DNA of 64,000 bases from Kiloniellaceae bacterium (GCA_021776115.1 JAJFGN010000045.1:83025-147024); one strand, 5' to 3'. Shown: positions 9,774 through 23,196, counted from the stretch's first letter. Translations and numbers: made by a program. Notes: generated from the sequence alone by a model not told the origin.

Positions 9774-11627
9774 CTAGGCGGACACGCTTTTTACACCGGT
9801 CCCAAGGTCCAGGAATCCGCCGGACTGGCGCGCCCAAAGCCTGGCATAGAGACCGCCTGTGGCCAGCAGCTCCTCGTGGGTGCCCTGTTCGGCGATCCGG
9901 CCGTGGTCCATCACGATCAGCCGGTCCATGGCGGCGATGGTCGAGAGTCGGTGGGCGATGGCGATGACGGTCTTGCCGGCCATGAGATCGGTCAAGGAAT
10001 CCTGGATCGCGGCCTCCACTTCGGAATCCAATGCCGAGGTCGCCTCGTCCAGCACCAGGATTGGCGCGTCCTTCAGAACCACACGGGCAATGGCGATCCG
10101 CTGGCGCTGTCCGCCCGACAGCTTGACGCCGCGCTCGCCGACATGGGCGTCCAGGCCGGTCCGGCCTTTCCCGTCTGTTAAGTCCGGGACGAATCCCTCG
10201 GCCTTCGCCGCCTTTACGGCCGCGGCGATCGCTGCCTCGTCGGCCTCCGGCCGGCCATAGCGGATGTTGTCGCGTACCGAGCGGTGCAGCAGGGAGGTGT
10301 CCTGGGATACCAGGCCGATCGCGGCGCGCAGGCTATCTTGGGTGACTCCGGCGATATCCTGACCGTCGATCAATATCCGGCCGGATTCCGTATCGTAGAA
10401 CCTAAGGAGCAGGTTGACGACGGTCGACTTGCCGGCGCCCGAGGGGCCGACAAGCCCGACCTTTTCGCCCGGTGCGATCGTCAACGACAGATCGTCCAAG
10501 ACGCCGCTATCTTTGCCGTAGTGAAAGCGTACTTGCTCGAAGGCGATGCCGCCTTGGCCGATCGCCAGCGGCCGCGCCGCCGGCCGGTCGACCAGGTCGT
10601 GTTCGCGCGCGATCGTCTCCAGCCCGTCCTGAACCGTGCCGATATTTTCGAACAGAGAAGCGACCTCCCACATGATCCAGTGGGACATGCCCTTCAAGCG
10701 CAAGAACAGGCCGACGGCAAGCGCCACTGCCCCGGCGGTCACCGCGCCCTTTGTCCAGAGCCAGATCCCGATCAGCCCGGCGGAGGCCAGCAACAAGCCG
10801 TTCAGCGACTCGAGGGTGAAGTTGAGCCAGGTGACCAGCCGGAACTGTCGGTGCACGGTGTCCATGAAGGGGATCATGGACTCCCTGGCGTAGCTCTCTT
10901 CGCGCGCCGCGTGCGCAAAGAGCTTGACCGTCTGGATATTGGTATAGGAATCGACGATCCGCCCGGTGAGGTCGGAACGCGCGTGCGCCTGCGCCTTGGA
11001 GACCAACCGCATCCTGGGAACGAAAATGCGCATGGCTGCGGCATAGGCGACGAACCACAGGGCGAGCGGCGCCATGATGCGCCAATCGCTCTGGGCGAAA
11101 AGCACCAGCGCGCCCATCAAGTAGACCGCTACGTAGACGAAGACCTCCGTGGTGAGCGCGACCACCTGTCTCACGGCCAAGGCCGTCTGCATGACCTTGG
11201 TCGCGACCCGACCGGCAAAATCGTCTTGAAAGAACGTCATGGACTGGCGCAACACGTAGCGGTGCGCGAGCCAGCGGATACGCATGGGGAAATTGCCCAG
11301 GATGCCCTGGTTGGCGACGGCCTCGTGAGCCAGGTCAACGAGGGGCATGACCACGAGGATCATCAGTCCCACCCCGATCATCCACCAGAGATGGTCCGAC
11401 CAGAAGGTCTCCCGGTTCGCGTCGGCAAAGAAATCGATCAAGTTGCCGAGGAAGCCGAACAGCGCGACCTCCAGCACGGCGAAGACGGACGCGGTCAGCG
11501 ACACGAACAGAAGATGCGGCGCGATCGGTTTCGAATAGTGCCACAGGAACCCGAACAGGCGGCGCGGCGGCTTGTCCGGTACGGCTGCGGGAAAGGGATC
11601 GACAAGTTTTTCAAAGAAGGCAAGCAT
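9774..11627 (-). CDS. ABC exporter, fused permease/ATPase (ABCB type)
   Basis: TMD followed by GPSGAGKST, LSGGQRQR, LDEATSALD, IAHRLST. Confidence 0.93.
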   Translation of the reverse strand: MLAFFEKLVDPFPAAVPDKPPRRLFGFLWHYSKPIAPHLLFVSLTASVFAVLEVALFGFLGNLIDFFADANRETFWSDHLWWMIGVGLMILVVMPLVDLAHEAVANQGILGNFPMRIRWLAHRYVLRQSMTFFQDDFAGRVATKVMQTALAVRQVVALTTEVFVYVAVYLMGALVLFAQSDWRIMAPLALWFVAYAAAMRIFVPRMRLVSKAQAHARSDLTGRIVDSYTNIQTVKLFAHAAREESYARESMIPFMDTVHRQFRLVTWLNFTLESLNGLLLASAGLIGIWLWTKGAVTAGAVALAVGLFLRLKGMSHWIMWEVASLFENIGTVQDGLETIAREHDLVDRPAARPLAIGQGGIAFEQVRFHYGKDSGVLDDLSLTIAPGEKVGLVGPSGAGKSTVVNLLLRFYDTESGRILIDGQDIAGVTQDSLRAAIGLVSQDTSLLHRSVRDNIRYGRPEADEAAIAAAVKAAKAEGFVPDLTDGKGRTGLDAHVGERGVKLSGGQRQRIAIARVVLKDAPILVLDEATSALDSEVEAAIQDSLTDLMAGKTVIAIAHRLSTIAAMDRLIVMDHGRIAEQGTHEELLATGGLYARLWARQSGGFLDLGTGVKSVSA

Positions 11628-11884
11628 GGCTTCAGTCCAGGCATAAGGGGAACCGCTCCCCAGCCGGATCAAGCCTTAGCGCTTGCGTGGCCGGGGGTCA
11701 GATGAAGGGTAAGAACCAACCGATCATGTGGACCTCCGTTTCGGCGCGGCAGGAGTCGCCGCAGCCAGGCGGCACTATAACCGATCCTGCGCTAAGGGCA
11801 AATCATGAACAGCAGACAGCTTTTGGCCTTGGGCGCATCGGCCCTCAAGCCGATCCGCTGCCCGGCTGTCGGCTTCAAAGCACC

Positions 11885-11912
11885 CTTGTGTCATTTCGGT
11901 CACACCCCATAT
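11885..11912 (+). promoter_or_regulatory. Sigma-32 (RpoH)-type promoter for clpB
   Basis: CTTGTG-N14-CCCCATAT, close to the CTTGAA-N13-17-CCCCATNT consensus, ~135 bp upstream of the clpB ATG. Confidence 0.7.
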
Positions 11913-12048
11913 CGAGGCTAGGCGGGTGACTTAGGTCAACGCCAGGGGCGCCACGGGCCGATAAGCTCGGCCGTGGTGGGAATTTTAACTTTTGCATCGT
12001 CGACTGTACGCCGCCGGGCGCGGGTGCGGACGAGGAGGGCGCACAAGC

Positions 12049-14640
<2,592 letters not shown>

Positions 14641-14734
14641 AGGCCTAGGCACATAGCCCTGCCGGGCAAGGTTTCGCCGTTGAACGCCGGCGCGTTTTTA
14701 AAGGAAGCCCGGCAGCAGGGAGGTTGGGAAAACC

Positions 14735-15652
14735 ATGGCAAAGAAACCGGGTAAGAAGAAAAAGGCGGCGACGGCCGGTGTAACGGCCGCCAAGTCCACG
14801 GCAAAAGCAAAGGTGGAGATACCCGTACATCGGCCCAGCCGGATGGGTGCCGACATCAAAGAGGAAAAGCGCAAAATTCCGAATCGGGTTTACGAGAAAG
14901 AACTCGCCAAGCTGCAGATCGAGCTCGTCAAGCTTCAGGAATGGGTGAAGGCCGAGGGGCTTAAGGTCGTGGTCCTGTTCGAAGGCCGTGACGCGGCCGG
15001 CAAGGGCGGCACGATCAAGCGGATCACGCAATCGCTCAATCCACGCGTCTGCCGGGTGGTGGCGTTGGGCACACCGACGGAACGCGAAAAGACACAGTGG
15101 TATTTCCAGCGGTACGTCCCGCATCTGCCGGCGGCGGGCGAGATCGTGCTGTTCGACCGCAGCTGGTATAACCGTGCCGGTGTCGAACGGGTAATGGGCT
15201 TCTGCACGGAAGAAGAATACGAGGAGTTCATGCGCTCGTGCCCGGAGTTCGAACGCATGCTGGTGCGTTCCGGCACCAAGTTGATCAAATATTGGTTCTC
15301 GGTCAGCGACGAGGAACAAGAACGCCGCTTTCAACGCCGGATTATCGACCCAACCAAGCACTGGAAGCTGAGCCCGATGGATCTAGAATCCCGCCAGCGC
15401 TGGGCCGAATACTCCAGAGCCAAGGACCTGATGTTCGCGCATACGGATATCAAACAGGCGCCGTGGTTCGTGGTCGAGGCGGATGTCAAGAAACGCGCAC
15501 GCCTGAACTGCATCACACACTTTCTGAGCCAGTTGCCGTACGAGGACTTGACGCCGGAACCCATAGAGCTGCCGCCGCGCACCGATGCTTCAAGCTACGT
15601 GCGTCCGCCGAAGGAAGACCAAAACTTGGTGCCCGACTATTACGAGGATTGA
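14735..15652 (+). CDS. ppk2: Polyphosphate kinase 2
   Basis: FEGRDAAGKGG, LFDRSWYNRAGVERVMGF, WKLSPMD. Confidence 0.94.
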   Translation: MAKKPGKKKKAATAGVTAAKSTAKAKVEIPVHRPSRMGADIKEEKRKIPNRVYEKELAKLQIELVKLQEWVKAEGLKVVVLFEGRDAAGKGGTIKRITQSLNPRVCRVVALGTPTEREKTQWYFQRYVPHLPAAGEIVLFDRSWYNRAGVERVMGFCTEEEYEEFMRSCPEFERMLVRSGTKLIKYWFSVSDEEQERRFQRRIIDPTKHWKLSPMDLESRQRWAEYSRAKDLMFAHTDIKQAPWFVVEADVKKRARLNCITHFLSQLPYEDLTPEPIELPPRTDASSYVRPPKEDQNLVPDYYED

Positions 15653-15656
15653 GTTC

Positions 15657-15761
15657 GTAGCTCGCAATAAGATGAGTTAGCGAAGCGTAACCCGCCGAAG
15701 GTATGCCAGGTTCCCTAGCTGAACCTAATCGGTGAAATACGCTAACGCTATTGCGGGCTAC
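15657..15761. repeat. Degenerate GTAG-type REP doublet (REPIN-like)
   Basis: GTAGCTCGCAATA at 15657 is the inverted counterpart of TATTGCGGGCTAC ending 15761 (12/13 match); internal GAGTTAGCGAAGCGTAACCC hairpin; lies between convergent genes. Confidence 0.6.
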
Positions 15762-15767
15762 GTGAGC

Positions 15768-17282
15768 TTATTGGGTGTCGGGTCTAGCGCAATCCGCACT
15801 AAGTTCGGCGGCGCTGCTTCCGTCATCGGCCATCGGCACGCATCCGGCGTTGACCATCAGGGCCTCACCGCCGAGCGCTTCGGCGCGCAAGACGTCGATC
15901 TCTGTCCGCCGGGCGTTGAAGGCTTCCAATTTCTTGCCCTTCAGTTTTTCTCCCGAAGGCAGCTTGACCTTGCGCGGACTGATCTGGCGGCCATTCACCA
16001 GAACCTCATAATGCAGGTGCGGGCCGGTCGAGCGCCCGGTCGTGCCAACATAGCCGATAACCTGACCTTGGCTCACGCGTTTACCCTTACGCATGCCTTT
16101 CTTGATCCGGCTCATGTGCGCATAGGCGGTCTTATAGGTGCTGTTGTGGCGGATGCGCACGTATTTGCCATAGGAGCCGTTTCTCCCCGCCAACTCGAGA
16201 ACCCCATCGCCCGCCGCGTAGATCGGGGTGCCCCTGGGTGCGGCGAAATCGACCCCGCGATGCATCTTGGAATAGCCGAGCACGGGATGTTTGCGCATGC
16301 CGAAACCCGACGATAGCCGCCCCCCGTCGATGGGCGTGCGCATCAGGGTCTTGCGCACGGAATCGCCCTTCGGATCGTAGTAATCGGCGGTGCCGTCCTT
16401 GGGGGCAAAGCGGTAAAGCTCGATCCGCTTGCCGGACAAGGTCATCGCCGCGTAAAGGATGTCGTCCGGCCGCGCGAGAAGGCCGTCCTGCTCGAACATG
16501 GCGTCGTAGATAACCTCAAAGCTATCGCCGCGCCGAAGGTCGCGCTGGAAATCTACGTCGAAGCTGTACATGCGGATCAACTCCGCTAACACCTTCATAG
16601 GCAGGCCGGCCTTCTGGCTCGCCAGCGAAAGATTGGATTCGATCGTGCCGCGAACGCCGACACTGCGCTGCTCCAGGGGACGGTCGATGGACAGGGCTTG
16701 GAATCCAGATCCGCCATTGCGCGACACGCGAACGTCTCGCTCGACGCTTGGCTGAAGCCCGAAGGCGATCAGGCGTTGCTCGGGGCCGCTGCCTTCGGTC
16801 GCGCTGCCGCTCGCGGTGGCAAGGCTCAGCTCGATATTTTGTCCAATGCGAAGATCGCGCGGCTGAAAAACATCGCGCAGCGCGGTGATGGCGTCGTACG
16901 CCTCCCGCCGGCCAATCCCGGCGTCGACAAACAGGCCCATAAGCGTGTCGCCGGGCGCGACCGTCAGCGTCTGTTTGACGATTGCGGGCCGGGCCTCGCT
17001 CTCGCGGGCGGCCGTCACCGCGTCCTCTGAATCGGCCGATGCCCGCGCCGCTACCAAGATCGGCGCGTTCACGCGGCTTATTAACTCTTGCTCAAGGTCC
17101 TTGCCGATGGGCCCGCTGTGCCATTCCTGGCCCGGCCACATCGTCACCCCGGCAGCGACCGCAAGCGGCGCAACCACGGCCGCGCCGAATAGCGCGATCC
17201 TAAAAAGATGCCTGGGACGGACCCTCGGCAAACCGCTGGTGAACACTAGGAGAGCTCCCCAACCCGCAAATTGTCGATCCAA
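15768..17282 (-). CDS. M23 family peptidoglycan endopeptidase (MepM-like); start uncertain
   Basis: HRGVDFAA (HxxxD), STGPHLHYE (HxH), N-terminal hydrophobic anchor. Confidence 0.9.
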   Translation of the reverse strand: MDRQFAGWGALLVFTSGLPRVRPRHLFRIALFGAAVVAPLAVAAGVTMWPGQEWHSGPIGKDLEQELISRVNAPILVAARASADSEDAVTAARESEARPAIVKQTLTVAPGDTLMGLFVDAGIGRREAYDAITALRDVFQPRDLRIGQNIELSLATASGSATEGSGPEQRLIAFGLQPSVERDVRVSRNGGSGFQALSIDRPLEQRSVGVRGTIESNLSLASQKAGLPMKVLAELIRMYSFDVDFQRDLRRGDSFEVIYDAMFEQDGLLARPDDILYAAMTLSGKRIELYRFAPKDGTADYYDPKGDSVRKTLMRTPIDGGRLSSGFGMRKHPVLGYSKMHRGVDFAAPRGTPIYAAGDGVLELAGRNGSYGKYVRIRHNSTYKTAYAHMSRIKKGMRKGKRVSQGQVIGYVGTTGRSTGPHLHYEVLVNGRQISPRKVKLPSGEKLKGKKLEAFNARRTEIDVLRAEALGGEALMVNAGCVPMADDGSSAAELSADCARPDTQ

Positions 17283-17537
17283 TTCTTAACTTACAGCCTG
17301 AACCGGTAAGATTTTCTTAGCAGATTCGCGCCGAATTGGGCAAATAGGTAAATAGACTGAATCCAGGCAGACCATGAGGGTCTTCGCGGGGCCTGTCAAC
17401 GGGCTGGCCGGGCGCCGTGGACACACCGGCTCTCGCCGGCTGTTTCCAACCGGAGACGGCCGTGACGACGGCCAAATTTGGCTTTATCATGGCCGGGCGC
17501 CCACAAGGGCGTGACCTACCACCGCACGGAGAAAATC

Positions 17538-18287
17538 ATGCTGCTGCACCACTGCACCTGGCAGGAGGTCGAGGCGCGCCTTAAGCGCAGCACGGGCATC
17601 ATCGTACCGATCGGTTCGACCGAACAACATGGCCCCAACGGCTTGATCGGAACCGACGCCCTGTGCGCGGAGGTTGTGGCGCATGGCGTCGGTGAGGCCG
17701 CCGACGCCCTGGTTGCGCCGACAATCTCAGTTGGCATGGCGCAGCATCACCTGGGGTTCGCTGGGAGTATCACCTTGCGGCCATCCACCTTGATCGCTGT
17801 CGTGTGCGACACCGTGCATTCCCTGGCGCGCCACGGCTTCGATAGAATCTACTTCGTCAATGGACATGGCGGGAATATCGCCACGCTTAGCGCCGCGTTC
17901 TCCGAGATCTACGCGGAGCGCAGCTTCAACGGCCAGGGGCATAACACGCCTGCCGTGCGGTGCCGGCTGAAGAACTGGTTCGACGGACCGGCGATCAAAA
18001 GCTTGTCGGAAGAGTTGTACGGGGACGCCGAAGGCAGCCACGCGACGCCGTCGGAAGTGTCTCTCACGCAGTACGCCTTTCCTGAATCGGTTAAGCGGGC
18101 GGCTATGTCTCCCGAGATCGCACCCAAGGGCCCAATTCACGATGCCCAGGACTACCGGCACCGGTTTCCGGATGGCCGGATCGGATCGGACCCGACCCTG
18201 GCCTCGCCCGAAGCCGGCAAGCGTCTTTTCGATACAGCGGTAGAAGAAGTTGCCGGAGAGTATCAGCAGTTCCTGAGCGCTGGTTGA
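17538..18287 (+). CDS. Creatininase family amidohydrolase
   Basis: PIGSTEQHGP, IGTD, NGHGGN, SHATPSE motifs. Confidence 0.88.
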   Translation: MLLHHCTWQEVEARLKRSTGIIVPIGSTEQHGPNGLIGTDALCAEVVAHGVGEAADALVAPTISVGMAQHHLGFAGSITLRPSTLIAVVCDTVHSLARHGFDRIYFVNGHGGNIATLSAAFSEIYAERSFNGQGHNTPAVRCRLKNWFDGPAIKSLSEELYGDAEGSHATPSEVSLTQYAFPESVKRAAMSPEIAPKGPIHDAQDYRHRFPDGRIGSDPTLASPEAGKRLFDTAVEEVAGEYQQFLSAG

Positions 18288-18352
18288 CACAAGGCAAACG
18301 CGTCGTGCGTCCGGTATTGGCGCGGCGCGGATACATCGCTTAGAATCGAGCC

Positions 18353-19735
18353 ATGAGATCGAGATCGCGAAGATGCTGCGGCGCGCTCGCCTTGGCGGGC
18401 TTGTGCGGCATGTCCTTTGCCGCGGCGGCGCAAACACTTGGCGGAGATGCGGCCGAACTCACCAAGGCGCAGGTGCTCGAGCTTGAAACCGCTTTGGCGC
18501 AGCTTAATTTCGATCCTGGCAAGATCGACGGCGTGATCGATGAACGGACCCGGGCCGCCATTCGCCTGTATCAAGATTTTGCCGCCCTACCTGCCGACAG
18601 CGAAGCGACGCCGGCGTTGTTGGCGGAGGTGCTTTCCGTCGCGCAGTCCTTTGCCAATATGCGGCCGCCGCGTGCCGTCGATCGGGAGCCCGATGTATCC
18701 CCCGATGTAGCACTGGAAAAGCCCGCCGAGCCGCAGGTATCGCGGCAGGAACCGGAACCCCCTAAAATTGCCGTGAAAAAGACGCCGGATGAGGCGCCAA
18801 GCGCTGTTCCCGCCGAGACGCCGGCAAAGGCGCCCCCGCCGGCCGACGAGCCCGTTGCGGCTTTGGCCGAGGCGGCGATCACTGAGTCGACGGCGGAACC
18901 GCCACGCGATACACCGGCTGCTCCCGCCGCCGATTCCGAGCGCGGCGCGGAGCCGGAAACAGCGCAACCGCAAGCGGCTCAAGTGCCGCATGCCGACGCT
19001 GGGGCGCCAGCCAAGCTTGCCGAGCCACCTAAGAAGCCCAAAGTGGAAACCTCCATCGCCGAAAAATCACCGCCAAAACCTCAACCCGTGCTGAAAGAGC
19101 CGCCGCCGAAAGAGCCGGGGCCGATAGCGAAAAAGGCGGCGCCGGCGGGTGGCTACAATATCGGTAACGTGATTTCGCGGCTTGCCGAAACAGGTAAGAA
19201 GGTGGAAAAGCCTGCAGGATCGGGTTCAGCCGCCGCGCCGGGTCCGGTTCCGCGATCCGGCTCACGAGGCAGCGAGCAGATTGCGCGGGTCCCCGCGCCC
19301 ACTCAGGCGCCCGCCCTAACTCCAGCGCCCTCCGAGGCCCCACCCCCCGCCCGATCGCCTGACAAGCCGGTAGACGGTTACGCCGCGTTCTTGGATGCTT
19401 ACAAGGCGGCACAGGCCGGCGACTTCGAATACGCCGCGAAGCGGTATACCGACGCGATCGGCTCGAAAAAGCTGACGCTGGAACATTTGGGCGACGCGCA
19501 TTTCAACCGGGCCAACGCCCTTCATTTTCTGGGCCGCTACGATAAATCGATCCAAGACTATGGTGTGGCGATAGGAGCCAAACCGGCGTTTGCCGGTGCG
19601 TATTACAACCGGGGCTTCGCGTACGAGGCCAAAGGCGACAAAGCGCGAGCGGTTGACGATTTTCGCCGGGCGCGCGATCTGGGTTTACAGCGCTTGGGCG
19701 TGCGTGCGCCCGACAGAATGCCGCCATTGCGTTAA
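18353..19735 (+). CDS. Exported protein: peptidoglycan-binding domain, long Pro-rich linker, C-terminal TPRs
   Basis: Signal peptide; LAQLNFDPGKIDGVIDERTRAAIRLYQ (PG_binding_1-like); AHFNRANA and AYYNRGFAY TPR repeats. Confidence 0.75.
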   Translation: MRSRSRRCCGALALAGLCGMSFAAAAQTLGGDAAELTKAQVLELETALAQLNFDPGKIDGVIDERTRAAIRLYQDFAALPADSEATPALLAEVLSVAQSFANMRPPRAVDREPDVSPDVALEKPAEPQVSRQEPEPPKIAVKKTPDEAPSAVPAETPAKAPPPADEPVAALAEAAITESTAEPPRDTPAAPAADSERGAEPETAQPQAAQVPHADAGAPAKLAEPPKKPKVETSIAEKSPPKPQPVLKEPPPKEPGPIAKKAAPAGGYNIGNVISRLAETGKKVEKPAGSGSAAAPGPVPRSGSRGSEQIARVPAPTQAPALTPAPSEAPPPARSPDKPVDGYAAFLDAYKAAQAGDFEYAAKRYTDAIGSKKLTLEHLGDAHFNRANALHFLGRYDKSIQDYGVAIGAKPAFAGAYYNRGFAYEAKGDKARAVDDFRRARDLGLQRLGVRAPDRMPPLR

Positions 19736-19836
19736 TTCGACACTTGGGGCCGGGTGGGCCGTGCGCTGGGGCGCACGGCCCGTAAAGTAACTCTAACAAC
19801 CAGCGACTGAATACCGACGAAAGACGCCGCCTGCCC

Positions 19837-21534
19837 ATGCACGACGCCAGCTATTTACTACAAGTCATTGTCATCCTCATGGCTGCTGTCGTTGGTGTCT
19901 TGGTCTCACTTAGGTTGGGTTTTGGCTCGGTGCTCGGCTATCTCATTGCCGGTGCGGTGATCGGCCCGACCGGGCTTGGTTTGATCCGCGATCTGGAGGC
20001 CACTCGCGCTCTGGCGGAATTCGGCGTCGTGTTCCTGCTGTTCGCGATCGGGCTCGAACTGCCGCTGGAGCGTATCAAGGTGATGTCCGCCACGGTTTTC
20101 GGGCTCGGCGCCGCGCAGGTGCTGGTGACCGCGGCGGCGATCGCGGGGGTCGCTTATGCCTTCGGGCTAGCGCCAGCCCCTGCCGCCGTGATCGGCGGTG
20201 GGCTGGCCTTGTCCTCGACCGCTATCACCCTACAACTTCTGTCGGAACGCGGTGAGATAACCTCGCGCTTTGGCCGTGCCGCCTTCGCGGTGCTCCTGGT
20301 GCAGGATTTGGCCGTTGCCCCATTCCTGGTGGTTGTGGTCGCGCTTGGGGGCGGCGGCGAGGTGGTTCCGGCCGCGCTTTGGCTGGCCGGTCTGAAGATG
20401 GTTGTCGCCGCGATCGCGTTGCTGGGTATCGGGCGGATTGTGCTGCGGCATGTGTTCTGGCCGGTCGCCGAGATGCGCAACCCGGAGATTTTCGCCGCGC
20501 TGACCATTCTTGTCGTACTGGGCACCGGTTGGGCGACGCAACTGGCCGGCATGTCCATGGCCTTTGGCGCGTTCTTGGCCGGTATGATGCTCGCGGAGAC
20601 GACCTACCGGCATCAGGTTGGCGCGGTCATTCAGCCGTTCCGCGGACTTCTGCTCGGCCTCTTTTTCGTCACCGTCGGTATGAGCATAGACTTTGCCCTG
20701 ACCCGGCAACATGCTTGGATGGTTGCTGCGATCTTGGTGGCCCTACTGCTGGGTAAGGCGGGCCTTCTATCCATACTTAGCCTGATCTTCGGACTGACAC
20801 GTGCTCAAGCTTTACGGCTTGGACTTACCCTGGCCCAAGGCGGCGAGTTCGCGTTTGTTCTGCTGGGCGCCGCCATGGCCGGCGGTGTTGTCGCGCCGGT
20901 GGTCGGGCAAGTCCTTCTTGTGGTCGTGGGCTTTTCACTGATCGCCACGCCGTTTATGACGCAATTGGGCGCCGCCCTCGCGCGCCGCATGGAAGAGTCC
21001 GAGGCGGCGGAGGCCGGCGAAGCGGCGATCGGAACCGAGTCTAGATCGGGTCACGTCGTTATAGCCGGTTTTGGCCGCGTTGGCGGCGCGGTCGCCGCAC
21101 GGCTTCAGGCCGCGGGAATTCCCTTCGTTGCCGTCGATCTAAATCCCCATAGAATTGCCGAGGCGCGCGCGAGCGGCCATCCGGTTTACTACGGCGACAT
21201 TTCCCGGCCCGAGATTCTGGCCGCCCTCAATGTTGAGACCGCACGCTCCTTAGTCCTTACAGTCGACAACCCGGCGACGACGGCGCAACTGGTCGCCATG
21301 GTTAGTTATATTTTTCCGGACTTGAAGGTTTATGCCCGGGCGCGAGATGACACACATGCGAACGAACTACGAAAAATGGGGGCGCATATTGTGATCCCCG
21401 AACTTGTCGAAACCGGTTTCGCCCTCGCGGGAACCTTGATCGATGCGATGGGCGAAACCATTCCGGAGGTCGGTTCGAGCGAGGTACAAGCAAATACGCC
21501 CCGCAAGAAATCGGGCCGGGGGGGCAGCCAATGA
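19837..21534 (+). CDS. CPA2-family cation:proton antiporter with KTN domain (KefB/KefC-like)
   Basis: AEFGVVFLLFAIGLEL, AQGGEFAFV, GFGRVG Rossmann KTN motif. Confidence 0.88.
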   Translation: MHDASYLLQVIVILMAAVVGVLVSLRLGFGSVLGYLIAGAVIGPTGLGLIRDLEATRALAEFGVVFLLFAIGLELPLERIKVMSATVFGLGAAQVLVTAAAIAGVAYAFGLAPAPAAVIGGGLALSSTAITLQLLSERGEITSRFGRAAFAVLLVQDLAVAPFLVVVVALGGGGEVVPAALWLAGLKMVVAAIALLGIGRIVLRHVFWPVAEMRNPEIFAALTILVVLGTGWATQLAGMSMAFGAFLAGMMLAETTYRHQVGAVIQPFRGLLLGLFFVTVGMSIDFALTRQHAWMVAAILVALLLGKAGLLSILSLIFGLTRAQALRLGLTLAQGGEFAFVLLGAAMAGGVVAPVVGQVLLVVVGFSLIATPFMTQLGAALARRMEESEAAEAGEAAIGTESRSGHVVIAGFGRVGGAVAARLQAAGIPFVAVDLNPHRIAEARASGHPVYYGDISRPEILAALNVETARSLVLTVDNPATTAQLVAMVSYIFPDLKVYARARDDTHANELRKMGAHIVIPELVETGFALAGTLIDAMGETIPEVGSSEVQANTPRKKSGRGGSQ

Positions 21535-21917
21535 GTCTGGGTCATATGGGCGTTTTGTACGGTCTTCTGGTGCTGCTCGGCTTCAGCCTGCTGGTGCCCG
21601 GATTGGCCGGTATGTTTCGCGTCAAGATTGGCCGGACTTGGTTGATCGCGGACGAGGTGGATGCCCGCAATCACTTGCGCGGCCTGAACGCGATGATGGC
21701 GGCGATCGGCATGCTTGCGTTGTGGGCCTGTTGGGACCTTGAGCGATCGCGGATGCTGGTTCTGGGTCTCGGGCTGATCATGCTGGTCGTCGCGATTTCG
21801 CGGCTTTATTCGCTCCTGATCGACGGTCCGCCGGGCGCCACCAGCTTGACCTATCTGGCGCTCGAAGCGGTTCTCGGTGGGGTTTTTCTGTTTTGGCCGC
21901 CCCCGCCGCTTGGCTGA
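21531..21917 (+). CDS. Small membrane protein (DUF4345-like)
   Basis: Four TM segments, NHLRGLNAM and SRLYSLLIDG motifs; ATGA overlap with the antiporter gene. Confidence 0.65.
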   Translation: MSLGHMGVLYGLLVLLGFSLLVPGLAGMFRVKIGRTWLIADEVDARNHLRGLNAMMAAIGMLALWACWDLERSRMLVLGLGLIMLVVAISRLYSLLIDGPPGATSLTYLALEAVLGGVFLFWPPPPLG

Positions 21918-21991
21918 GCGGTGACCCAGGTGCTTGCTTGCCGACCCTTGCGGCGCGATAACCTTTCGCAGTTGCAGCAGGGGCGAAGCGA

Positions 21992-23182
21992 ATGGATAGC
22001 GGACTACTCGAACACCTAAGAGCCGAAATCGGCGCCTTGCGCGAGGCCGGGCTTTACAAAGCGGAGCGCGTCATCGCATCGCCCCAGGACGCGGTGATCC
22101 GTCTGGCCGACGGGCGCGAGATGTTGAATTTTTGCGCCAACAATTACCTGGGCCTCTCAAACCACCCGGCCTTGGTCACCGCCGCCAAGGCGGCCTTGGA
22201 CAGCCGCGGTTACGGCATGTCCTCGGTGCGCTTTATCTGTGGAACCCAGGATATCCATAGACAACTCGAAGGCCGTATCGCTGCGTTTCTGGGCATGGAG
22301 GATACAATTCTCTATTCCTCCTGCTTCGATGCCAACACGGGGTTGTTCGAAACCCTGCTCGGCGAGAACGACGCGATCATCAGCGACGCCCTCAACCACG
22401 CCAGCATCATCGACGGTGTCCGCCTGTGCAAAGCGAAGCGCCTGCGCTACGCCAACAACGATATGGACGACCTTAAATGTCAGCTTGAGGCGGCGCGCGA
22501 TTGCCGCTTCAAGTTGATCGCGACCGACGGCGTCGTTTCCATGGACGGGATCATCGCCAATTTGCCAGCGATCTGCGACCTGGCGGAGCAGTACGGCGCC
22601 ATGGTGATGGTCGACGATTCCCATGCCGTCGGTTTTCTGGGCGCGGCCGGGCGCGGGACGCCCGAATATTGTGGCGTCGAGGGACGCGTGGATATCCTCA
22701 CGGGCACGCTGGGCAAGGCCTTGGGCGGGGCCTCGGGCGGTTACACCGCGGCGTCGGCGCCCATCGTCGAGTGGCTGCGTCAACGCTCCCGGCCCTATCT
22801 GTTTTCCAACAGCCTCGCCCCGGTGATCGCGGCAACCACGCTCAAGGTTCTCGACCTTTTGGAAGGCAGCGGGGATCTGCGCCACCGCCTGGCCGAAAAC
22901 AGCACGCGATTCCGCGCGGGTATGACGGCGCAGGGCTTCACCCTTACCGGTGGCGGCCACCCGATCATCCCGGTCATGCTGGGCGAAGCGAAGCTTGCGG
23001 CCGAGATGGCGGAACGGCTCTTGGACGAAGGCATCTACGTGACCGGATTTTCATTTCCGGTCGTGCCCAAGGGACAGGCGCGCATTCGCACCCAGATGTC
23101 GGCCGCGCATACCACCGATCATATCGACCGTGCGCTGACGGCCTTCGCCAAAATCGGGCGCGCCCTCGGCGTCATCTCCTGA
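21992..23182 (+). CDS. kbl: Glycine C-acetyltransferase (2-amino-3-ketobutyrate CoA ligase)
   Basis: [48 protein letters not shown]. Confidence 0.95.
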   Translation: MDSGLLEHLRAEIGALREAGLYKAERVIASPQDAVIRLADGREMLNFCANNYLGLSNHPALVTAAKAALDSRGYGMSSVRFICGTQDIHRQLEGRIAAFLGMEDTILYSSCFDANTGLFETLLGENDAIISDALNHASIIDGVRLCKAKRLRYANNDMDDLKCQLEAARDCRFKLIATDGVVSMDGIIANLPAICDLAEQYGAMVMVDDSHAVGFLGAAGRGTPEYCGVEGRVDILTGTLGKALGGASGGYTAASAPIVEWLRQRSRPYLFSNSLAPVIAATTLKVLDLLEGSGDLRHRLAENSTRFRAGMTAQGFTLTGGGHPIIPVMLGEAKLAAEMAERLLDEGIYVTGFSFPVVPKGQARIRTQMSAAHTTDHIDRALTAFAKIGRALGVIS

Positions 23183-23196
23183 GGAGGGGCATTGCC

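Noticed and set aside
10284-11705. 473-aa antisense ORF over the ABC exporter
   Set aside because: Shadow ORF typical of high-GC codon bias
21992-23182. Possible ALA synthase, given the heme-pathway question
   Set aside because: Motifs and tdh adjacency identify it as Kbl, a homolog of ALAS
22501-23196. Apparent 573-aa fusion extending tdh upstream
   Set aside because: The extension is an off-frame read of kbl; tdh has its own RBS and ATG at 23197
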